From assembly GCA_965649825.1 (NCBI GenBank), contig OZ287699.1, forward strand, positions 960,477 through 1,024,476: DNA of 64,000 bases, written 5' to 3'. A program made the position numbers and the translations under genes. The notes under the pieces were generated by a model. It was not told the DNA's origin, ran no database searches, and was given only the letters and a program-made list of their open reading frames with translations. Of this stretch, positions 12,532 through 20,324 are shown in pieces. Positions within the stretch are counted from its first letter, which is position 1. The number at the start of each line of letters is the position of its first letter. Source of the DNA: Penicillus capitatus. Its lineage: Eukaryota > Plantae > Chlorophyta.

Positions 12532-13007
12532 ATGCTTTCTTTCAAATTTCCTATCGTTCTGTTGTTCGTCGCGCATTTCTCACTTGGCAGCACGATCGTG
12601 ACGAAAGTAACAAGTGAAGCTGAATTTGACGAGCACATCAAGACGTCGAAGGAAAATGGAACAGTGGTTCGTGACGCCGTCGGCCATCTCGGCTTCACCT
12701 GAGATTCTGCCCGTAGGTCGTTGTGGAGTTTTTCGCTTTGTGGTGCGGCCCTTGTAAACTAATGTCGCCAGTATTCGCAACGCTAGCAGAACAAAAAGAT
12801 TACTCTCACATGAAGTTCCTCAAGGTGGACGTCGACGACGTGCAGGGGCTCGGAGATCAATGCGGCATCAGTGCCATACCGACTTTTCAAGTCTACAAGG
12901 CAGGCGAAAAGGTTGGCGAAGTCAATAATGACCCAAATGGACTCAAAAAACTTCTCGACAAATATAGGCTGCCGAACGATCTATTATTTTCCTTGGTTCG
13001 TTACTGA
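12532..13007 (+). CDS. Derived thioredoxin paralog with N-terminal signal peptide and C-terminal extension
   Basis: Exon 1 (12532-12666) MLSFKFPIVLLFVAHFSLGSTIVTKVTSEAEFDEHIKTSKENGTV. 50-nt GT-AG intron (12667-12716). Exon 2 VVVEFFALWCGPC...KFLKVDVD...IPTFQ...LFSLVRY-TGA. Frame intact, WCGPC retained. Confidence 0.85.
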
Positions 13008-13125
13008 ATGGGTATGCGAAACAATCGATTGAATGAGCCTGGAAAACCCTTCGGGTCGTGTGAGCATCTCTGTTATTTCGCCCATACTGATTTCCCACGC
13101 GTGTCCACCTGAAACACGACGCTAC

Positions 13126-13306
13126 TGTGGTGCGTAAAAGCGAGCGAGAGGTAAAACAGAGTTTTCGTTACAGGATACGATTCGTGTTTGCAAAACATCG
13201 TATTTATACCACCCAGCATGACGTTATGATGTCGTCATGCTTCTTGTAATGATGTGACTGGTGTTTCTTTCCTTCCCCTTCCCACTTCATCGTCAGGTCC
13301 ACGACA
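13126..13306 (-). repeat. 3' LTR
   Basis: TGTGGTGCGT...CCACGACA on +; identical by eye to 17844-18024. Confidence 0.97.
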
Positions 13307-16135
13307 ATCGCTTCCCTGCGCTTGACTCCGATGAAAGAAAGGTCGGAGATGATCTCGGTGGGTCAAGAAAGGCTTCTTGGACTGAGGATTGAAAAGATAA
13401 TAGAGCTGAGGGGAGAATTGTTTGTGTATGATGTAGGGTCCAAGCCATTGGGGGGCTAGCTTGTTGCCATGCGTGTGGGCATGTTGGTGGTCAAAGAGGA
13501 GGACAGAAGAACCAACTGGGAGAATCGAGGAGCGCTCCGGGTGCGCCTGTTGACGTTGTTGTTGATGTTGCATCTGTTGGTCGATGGCTTTCCAGCGAGC
13601 GGCGAGAATGTCATGGTGTCGGGCGGGATGCGGTTCTTCTGATTGTGGCGTGCTGATGGATGTGCGGGGATCCGGAATAGGATGCAGGCGCGGCTGATAT
13701 CCGAATGCGGTCTGGGCGGCACTGAGCTGGGTGATAGCATTCGGGTGTGCGTTGAGGAGGGCTTGGACTTGGGGGAGGTGGCGGGCCCATTTGCCTTGTG
13801 TCGGGAGGCGCTGGAGACGACGGATGATTTCTTGGTTGAGGCGCTCCACGGTCCCGTTGCATTGCGGCCGGTATGCAGGGATGGTGCGGCGATGGATGCC
13901 GCGAGTGGTCATCCAGTTAGATAGCTGGTTGCCAACGAAAGCTGGTGCGTTGTCGGTTTGGATGGTGGTGGGGTTGCCAAAGAGTGTCGTCCAGTGGTCC
14001 AGGAGTTTGATGATAGCTGTGGCATTGGCCTGGGATGATGCGGAGAGGAGGCAAAAGCGAGTACAAAGGTCGACGGCGGCGAGAATGAAGCGCGCGGAAC
14101 CGTCGGGCTTCATAGGGCCGATGACGTCCAGGCCAACACACTGGTTCATGTGCTGCCAGGTGTTGTAGGAGGGGGCAACTGGTGGATCATGTCTGGCGAA
14201 GCGCTGGCATTGGGGGCAACTGCGTACCCACTGTTGGACATGGGAGGTAGCTTGCGGAAAGTAGATCATGCGCTGAAGCTTCTGAACGGTGGTCTGGGCC
14301 CCGTAGTGACCGCTGTCTTCATGTGCGAGGGTGAGCCAGCGCGGGATTTCGTGTGGATCGAGGCAACACGGTGTCCAGAGAAATCCGTCGGCCGAGTGCT
14401 CGAGACGGTCATGGCGGAGGCGAAAAAACTGGGCGCGGTGCTTGAGGCGGGCGCGTTGCTGCGGCGTCAGATCGTCAGGGCAGCGGGAGGTGCGCAGGAA
14501 GTTGTCCATCTGGAGGTACCAGCTGGGCCAATCGAGAGGCTGGGCGTTGATACGTCGTGCGGGAGCCACTACTGGGGTCTCCGGGAGTGTCTGGCGCCAC
14601 CATTGGCTGCGACTGAGAAGGTCGGCGATGACGTTGGCCACGCCATCTACATGTTTCACGCGACCCGCGGCCAAGTTGAGTGCGTCCAGATGGCGTTGAA
14701 CGAGGAAACTCTGGTCCTTGCTTCCGCTGGCTTGCTGTACAACAGTGGCATCTGTGAAGATGGTGAGGTGTTTACCAAGGATGTCGTGCCGGACTTCTCT
14801 GAGCGCCCGTTCGAGGCCTAGGAGTTCTGCTTTGCCACTGGAGCGGAATTGTTCGCGCTGAAACCCCCCTGCCCCAAGGCGGATGAGCTGCGTGGTCTTG
14901 GCGTCAAAGAGGGCGAAACCAAATCCGTCTCTGCTGGCGTCGACGTACAGGTCGACGGAGGCCCCGATGGCGTCTGGTCGGTTGTACCAGACGCGTTCAA
15001 AGGACCGGATGAGCGTTGTCCACCGGCCGGGGTCTTCTTTCCAGTATCGTTGTATTTCTATGGCTTCAGCGTTGGAAAGCTTTTGAAGATCCGCTAGGCT
15101 CTTAGCATTGAAGCGACAATAGTTGAGTAGCGTGCGGAGCACGCCGAGAAAAGAGCGGACTTCGGCTTTTGTCTGTGGCGGTGTCGCCCTGAGTAGCTGC
15201 TGCATTGTCGTCTGGGGAGGCAGCACCCCTTGCCGCGTGAAGCGGTGCCCCAGGAACTCTATCTCTTCTGCTCCGTACTTGCATTTCTTCGGGGATGCTG
15301 TCCATCCGTGCTTTCTGTATACCGTCAGGAGTTCTGCAACTGCCTCCGCAAGATCCCCTTCTGTCCGTGCACCGACGCACACGTCGTCAGCGTAGCTCTC
15401 GATTGCTGCCCTTATCCCCTTATGCGTCAGTAGGTCCCGTGCTTCAGCGATGGTCGTCTGGACCGCCTGGTCGAAGAACGCCATCGAGTTGATCCAGCCC
15501 ATGGGCAGTCTAGTAAATGCGTAGGGCTGGCGGTCAAAGACTGTGACGAAATACGGCTGGAGATCTTCAGCGAGCGGGATTTGGTAAAACCCGTGCCTGA
15601 AGTCGAACTTTGCGAAGATGCGCATCCCAGCAAGACCCTGCTTCGCCCCTTCCCGGTGCATGGGAAGTGCGGGTCTTCGTGTTGTCAACGTGTTGAGTCC
15701 TCGGAAGTCTAGTACCACTCGCCTCTCGAGCGAGTCCTTCTTCGCGACGGAGAACCATGGTATGACGTGCTTCGGCTTCCCGTGGAATCTCTTCACAATC
15801 TTGGCGTCTATGAGTTGGTCGATCTCCTTCCGGCAGGCCGCAGTTTCGGCAGCGAACGCGTATGGGACTTTCGTGGCTACCGAGTGCAATTGTCCCTGTA
15901 CGTCGTCCATGCTGACCTTCCATCCCCGAAAACGTCCAATTCCTTCACGGATGACGTCTGGGAACTTGGTCAGCAGCTGTTCCATGCTGCAGCAGTCATT
16001 CGTCTTGTTATGCGACAGCAGTCCTGACTGCAAGTCTACTGCCGCGTGGGAAAAGATCTTCTCGTGCCACGGAGTTGATGCTGGTTCCCGTCGCAATCGC
16101 GAACCGTGTAGCCCACTCCTGCTTGTGCCGGCACT
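13235..16135 (-). CDS. pol: Pol polyprotein: reverse transcriptase, RNase H, integrase
   Basis: RT (RRVVLDFRGLN, KFDFRHGFYQIPL, RLPMGWINS, YADD, FLGH); RNase H (YVDAS, AEL, IFTDA, NVIADLLSR); integrase (H-x4-H...CPQC, GLDVIGP, QTDNA, VERLNQE). The frame is open from 16135 and the stop lies inside the 3' LTR. Confidence 0.96.
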   Translation of the reverse strand, partial: SAGTSRSGLHGSRLRREPASTPWHEKIFSHAAVDLQSGLLSHNKTNDCCSMEQLLTKFPDVIREGIGRFRGWKVSMDDVQGQLHSVATKVPYAFAAETAACRKEIDQLIDAKIVKRFHGKPKHVIPWFSVAKKDSLERRVVLDFRGLNTLTTRRPALPMHREGAKQGLAGMRIFAKFDFRHGFYQIPLAEDLQPYFVTVFDRQPYAFTRLPMGWINSMAFFDQAVQTTIAEARDLLTHKGIRAAIESYADDVCVGARTEGDLAEAVAELLTVYRKHGWTASPKKCKYGAEEIEFLGHRFTRQGVLPPQTTMQQLLRATPPQTKAEVRSFLGVLRTLLNYCRFNAKSLADLQKLSNAEAIEIQRYWKEDPGRWTTLIRSFERVWYNRPDAIGASVDLYVDASRDGFGFALFDAKTTQLIRLGAGGFQREQFRSSGKAELLGLERALREVRHDILGKHLTIFTDATVVQQASGSKDQSFLVQRHLDALNLAAGRVKHVDGVANVIADLLSRSQWWRQTLPETPVVAPARRINAQPLDWPSWYLQMDNFLRTSRCPDDLTPQQRARLKHRAQFFRLRHDRLEHSADGFLWTPCCLDPHEIPRWLTLAHEDSGHYGAQTTVQKLQRMIYFPQATSHVQQWVRSCPQCQRFARHDPPVAPSYNTWQHMNQCVGLDVIGPMKPDGSARFILAAVDLCTRFCLLSASSQANATAIIKLLDHWTTLFGNPTTIQTDNAPAFVGNQLSNWMTTRGIHRRTIPAYRPQCNGTVERLNQEIIRRLQRLPTQGKWARHLPQVQALLNAHPNAITQLSAAQTAFGYQPRLHPIPDPRTSISTPQSEEPHPARHHDILAARWKAIDQQMQHQQQRQQAHPERSSILPVGSSVLLFDHQHAHTHGNKLAPQWLGPYIIHKQFSPQLYYLFNPQSKKPFLTHRDHLRPFFHRSQAQGSDCRGPDDEVGRGRKETPVTSLQEA

Positions 16136-17841
16136 TCAAAGATTGTGGTCTTCCCGGTGATGCGGACCGGCTCTTTGCGGTGATTTGTGAGTGTCAGCGT
16201 GGAAAATGTCTCGTACTGGACACCGAGATGGACTGAGAAGTGCGGTGCAACGATGGGCGTCCTTTTGTGTGTCATCGATTTGGGAAGGACAATTGGCGTT
16301 TTGATCATCCTGCTTTCTGCCGGTCCGAGCACTACGGATCGGTTGAGAGGGATCTGAATCCTGTCCCCTTTGATTCCTGGCAGATGAGCCACTCTCTCTG
16401 TGATCCTGCCAACTTCTTCGTGGATTATTTCGTTGACGGCGTCTTTATCGGCCTTGGGTCCTGCGAAAAGGCATTTCACGTGGCGTCCACGAATGCTGAC
16501 CGAGCGATTGTGTGGATGTGCCGAGATTTGATTCTCGACCATCGCGTCAATCCCCAGCAACAGATCGTATCCGGGTTTTGGGAGTACTAGGCACTCCAAT
16601 CGGAAATCCTGGTTCGTCGACTTCTCGACAGCAACGTCCACTCCACACCTGCCCGTAACCTTCGCTGTCTCCCCGTGAGCGAGAAGGAGGCGTGTCCCGT
16701 CTTGTTTGATCTCGAGTCCCAGCTCCTTTGCCAACGCAAGGGACATGATTGAAGATTCGGCTCCCGTGTCGACGAGCGCGTCTATTCTTCTCGGATATCC
16801 GAGATGGCTCTGAGCCACCAATCCCAACTTCATAACCCTTCGTTTTTCCCTCTTTCCTTTCGCCGTTGCCTTGGCCATATATGCGAAAGAGGTGTCTTGT
16901 TCCATTACTTCCTCCTGCCCTTCGCTGAGTGTCTCGCATATCTGTTCCCCACTTCCTTCGGGCATCGAGTTCTCCACTACGAATGCACGACGACCTCCCC
17001 ATCTCCTTGGCTGCGTTGTGGGTCTTCGATTTCCGGTCTGTCCGTCACCATTGTTCATGAGCCTTTGAAGGAATCTGAGCATGTTCTGTGCTTCCCGGCG
17101 TGAAGTCTTGCATATTTCACGCGCCCCGACCATGACTCTTCCTGCATTCGTGATGGCCCCGAAGTTGATGGCCCCGTCACTTCCGACGACTCTCCCGTCT
17201 GTGGCGGCGTTGGCTTGTACAACGCCCATGTCGACCTCCATGAGGTCCTCATCTGCTTCCTTCGGCGGTGCACTTGACTCCCAGAAACTTGCGTTCCGGA
17301 GTACGGTGCTCATGTCTGCTACAGTCGCCGTGGATGGGAGCGGTACGCAGAGCCTTCTGAGGTTCCCTGGCAGGCGCCGGTATAGCGTCTTTACCTGCGT
17401 CTCTCTCGACGCGGTCGTCCCCGCGCATGTGGCCAGGTACCTGTCCACAAACTCCAGCCAGTTTTCTCCTTTGGCCTTCGTCATCCTTCCGAGTCGCTCC
17501 TCCGCTGATATCGTGGGAGCCGGACACGCTCCAACGACTAGCTCCTTGACGATACGCCATTTGTCGTCCGTCCTGACGTGCCCTAGGTTGGCACCAAAGA
17601 AAGCGTGGACCGTCGCTGCTGGTCCAGCGAATGCCGCATTAAAGGCGGCGAGCCCGTCAAAGTGTGGCTCCACTCTCTCTAGGACTCGGCGGACGAGGTC
17701 AAATGCCGGCGACCTCGGTTCCAGTCTCTGGATCACGTATTTGACCCGAGGACGGTAATCGTCCTCAACAAACGCTGCTGAGTTGAATAGGGACGTGAAC
17801 TCGTCACGGTCCATTTTTGATATATGCAGCTCCGAAACCAT
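16036..17841 (-). CDS. gag: Gag - aspartic protease polyprotein with a C-terminal dUTPase-like segment
   Basis: ATG at 17841 (MVSELHISK). Capsid-like EERLGRMTKAKGENWLEFVDRY, DLMEVD, protease ALVDTGA and LLLGID. No CCHC knuckle seen. Confidence 0.9.
   Translation of the reverse strand: MVSELHISKMDRDEFTSLFNSAAFVEDDYRPRVKYVIQRLEPRSPAFDLVRRVLERVEPHFDGLAAFNAAFAGPAATVHAFFGANLGHVRTDDKWRIVKELVVGACPAPTISAEERLGRMTKAKGENWLEFVDRYLATCAGTTASRETQVKTLYRRLPGNLRRLCVPLPSTATVADMSTVLRNASFWESSAPPKEADEDLMEVDMGVVQANAATDGRVVGSDGAINFGAITNAGRVMVGAREICKTSRREAQNMLRFLQRLMNNGDGQTGNRRPTTQPRRWGGRRAFVVENSMPEGSGEQICETLSEGQEEVMEQDTSFAYMAKATAKGKREKRRVMKLGLVAQSHLGYPRRIDALVDTGAESSIMSLALAKELGLEIKQDGTRLLLAHGETAKVTGRCGVDVAVEKSTNQDFRLECLVLPKPGYDLLLGIDAMVENQISAHPHNRSVSIRGRHVKCLFAGPKADKDAVNEIIHEEVGRITERVAHLPGIKGDRIQIPLNRSVVLGPAESRMIKTPIVLPKSMTHKRTPIVAPHFSVHLGVQYETFSTLTLTNHRKEPVRITGKTTIFEVPAQAGVGYTVRDCDGNQHQLRGTRRSFPTRQ
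17829..17840 (-). promoter_or_regulatory. Primer-binding site, probably tRNA-iMet
   Basis: TGGTTTCGGAGC begins 3 nt after the 5' LTR and differs at 2 positions from the plant iMet PBS TGGTATCAGAGC (one would be a G:U pair). Confidence 0.7.
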
Positions 17842-17843
17842 TT

Positions 17844-18024
17844 TGTGGTGCGTAAAAGCGAGCGAGAGGTAAAACAGAGTTTTCGTTACAGGATACGATT
17901 CGTGTTTGCAAAACATCGTATTTATACCACCCAGCATGACGTTATGATGTCGTCATGCTTCTTGTAATGATGTGACTGGTGTTTCTTTCCTTCCCCTTCC
18001 CACTTCATCGTCAGGTCCACGACA
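17844..18024 (-). repeat. 5' LTR with TATA box and TGTAA poly(A)-like signal
   Basis: On the element strand TATAAAT (17926-17920) is followed by TGTAA (17890-17886); TG...CA termini. Confidence 0.95.
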
Positions 18025-18126
18025 CTACTGAGACGTCTCATGGAGTGAAGGGACGACGTGCCTTCTTGCTGACAGAGACGCCAAATGTGTTTGACCTCGG
18101 CCCTTTGCTCTGATGTCAGTCGATCC

Positions 18127-19005
18127 ATGGCGTTTTCCCCTGAGGGTCGTCGCGAAATGACGAGATGTCGATCTGCTTCGAATCCCTGTCCGGCATCGAG
18201 TCACCCAGAAGGGTGCAGTGGGCAACATGCATCGTGCACCTGAGAAACGCTCGAGAGATGCAGCGCCTCTGCGCTCCGATGCCAATGGCTTCTTTCCTCT
18301 CGTGTCAGTGAGCTCGGAAACACCAGTCTCGCCGACAAAGACCTGCAGGGGCAGAGATGAAAACGCCTGTCCGAAAACTTATGAGTTGCATGACTCTGCC
18401 AGGTGATCGTGAAACCATCGCAGCACTATTTCTCGTTCTTCCTGGGTGGAGCCTCTCCACGCAGTCAGCTGAAACGGCACGGTCCACGGTATTGTTGCTG
18501 TGACAATGGATACACCTCGGATTTGTTGGGCTGTTCGCCATGGCGCAGGCGAACGGGACATGTCTCCAGGTCGGACCGTCGGAATCCGACGTCAGCTATG
18601 AGACGAATCTACAAGCGCGCATCTGCATAGAGCTGTTCGGTGCTGAGGGCGATGCCTGCAGCGAAGAGCAGGCGAGGTCGTCGAGGGTGCGAGGGACGTC
18701 ATGCTGTCGAGGCCCTTCGATTTTGCGGCGATGTGGGGCCACGTATCGCTCGTACCCTTTCCTCATGCGAATGCGACGTTTGAACAGCAGAGGTCCGCAC
18801 GCGGCTTCCTTCTCGTCTGGCGGCATCCGCGAATGCTGAGATGGATTCTCTGTCTGTCGACACCCATGGTTTTGTCATTCGCATCAGCGAGACGCCCACA
18901 CGTGCAGACGATCCCCACTCTAGCCCCATCATCGTTTTTACCTTCTGCGGCGATACTCACCAGCTCGCGTTTCTAGACAGATGGGCCATAGAGTCATGTC
19001 CTTAA
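18127..19005 (+). CDS. Unknown gene X, copy 1 (exon structure uncertain)
   Basis: Protein-like exons (ANGTCLQVGPSESDVSYETNLQARICIELFG; MDSLSVDTHGFVIRISE...PIIVFTFCGDTHQLAFLDRWAIESCP-TAA) separated by intron-sized gaps. No family recognised. Confidence 0.4.
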
Positions 19006-19090
19006 AGAAAAGAAGAATCATAAAATAGCACACAGTTCTATGGAGACTGTCAATGGTACAGCGTTTGCCAGATCTCTCTCTGTCTCGGTC

Positions 19091-19411
19091 TCACTGTCTT
19101 CCCATCCGTTGAAGACATTGTAGAGCTTCGGGATTTGGACGGGAATCGAGCTCTTCGTTCTCGGGAAGATCTTCGATGGCGGGTGTGACGTCGACATCGG
19201 TATCCGTTTCCTTCGTTGGCACACCGAGAGTCTGATTGCCGCCACACACACTTGCCGTTTTCTTCAGTTTTTTGCATTTCAAGGCGATGGACGAATGCAA
19301 CTGAACGGTCCGCGATCGTTCTTTCTCGAGCAGATCTTGGATGTTCCATGCCAGCCAGGGATAGAAACTCGGCACATGAGATCCTTGACGGGTTCCTTTT
19401 TGCTTCATGGA
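19091..19411 (-). pseudogene. Orphan copy of the DHHC gene 3' end, truncated at the duplication junction
   Basis: MKQKGTRQGSHVPSFYPWLAWNIQDLLEK...LQRMGRQ-stop, about 90% identical to 21287-21607; no upstream DHHC exons. Confidence 0.85.
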
Positions 19412-19420
19412 AGTACACAG

Positions 19421-19558
19421 ATTCAAGATCTACGTCAATGTATGTTGGCCAATCCCGAATACTATCGACCAATGTTGGAAGAGGAAGAGCATTACCTTGA
19501 CGAGAAGGAATCTGAGAGCGAAACCATAACTTCCGAGGAACGGCAGACGGGGGCGTGA
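19421..19558 (+). pseudogene. Orphan copy of the GCK gene last exon
   Basis: IQDLRQCMLANPEYYRPMLEEEEHYLDEKESESETITSEERQTGA-TGA with intact acceptor ACACAG; the parent gene body lies 7.6 kb upstream. Confidence 0.85.
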
Positions 19559-19695
19559 TGCGAGACATGTTGTGAAATTTGGCAGATGGATTCATGCGAC
19601 ATACCGCATCTCGTTGAGTTCTTCGCCGCTTCATCTCGGTCCCATTTAAATTTCCCGTCGTTCCGTCGTTCGTCGCGTATTTCTCTTTTGGAAGC

Positions 19696-20072
19696 ATGAC
19701 TGTGACGGAAGTAACAAGTGAAGCTGAATTCGACGAGCATATCAAGACGTCGAAGGAAAATGAAACACTGGTGCGTGACGCCGTCAGCCATCTCGGCTTC
19801 GCCTGAGCTTCTGCCCGTAGGTCGTTGTGGATTTCACCGCTTCGTGGTGCGGACCTTGTCGCATGATCGCACCACGTATCGTGGCGATGAGCGAAGAGTA
19901 CCCTCAAGTGAAGTTCCTCAAGGTGGACGTCGACGACGTGTCGGCGGTCGCAGCACGATGCGGCATCAGTGCCATGCCGACTTTTCACGTCTACAAGGCA
20001 GGCGAAAAGGTTGGCGAAGTGGTCGGTGCCAACGAAGAAGCCGTCAGGAATCTCGTCCAAAGACATCTGTAG
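19696..20072 (+). CDS. TRX: Cytosolic thioredoxin (Trx h-like)
   Basis: MTVTEVTSEAEFDEHIKTSKENETL | 50-nt intron 19771-19820 | VVVDFTASWCGPCRMIAP...FLKVDVD...AMPTF...VVGAN...RHL-TAG. Confidence 0.96.
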
Positions 20073-20324
20073 TTGAACGATCTATTATTTTCCTTGGTTC
20101 GTTACTGAATGGGTATGCGAAACAATCGATTGAATGAAACTGGAAAACCCTTCGGGTCGTGTGAGCATCTCTGCTATTTCGCCCATACTGATTTCCCACG
20201 CGTGTCCACCTGAAACACGACGCTACTGAGACGTCTCAGCGAGTGAAGGGACGACGTGCCTTCTTGCTGACAGAGACGCCAAATGTGTTTGACCTCGGCC
20301 CTTTGCTCTGATGTCAGTCGATCC

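Larger units (their letters stand above)
13126..18024 (-). mobile_element. Full-length Ty3/gypsy-type LTR retrotransposon (4,899 bp)
   Basis: Two 181-bp LTRs with TG...CA termini; CTAC target-site duplication (13122-13125 and 18025-18028); PBS; domain order gag-protease then RT-RNaseH-integrase. Confidence 0.97.

Noticed and set aside
13456-17758. Many 60-225-aa antisense or alternate-frame ORFs over the retrotransposon
   Set aside because: Shadow ORFs of GC-rich coding sequence; no motifs and no env-like or accessory gene evident.
17842-17937. ORF-track gag start at 17937 (MLGGIN...)
   Set aside because: That ATG lies inside the LTR upstream of the TATA box, so it would not be in the element transcript; ATG 17841 is preferred.
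18127-19005. Resemblance of gene X fragments to REC114/PHS1 (ALRF) or DUF2470 (SVDTHGFVIRI)
   Set aside because: Only a few residues match and the exon structure is uncertain; a profile search is needed.
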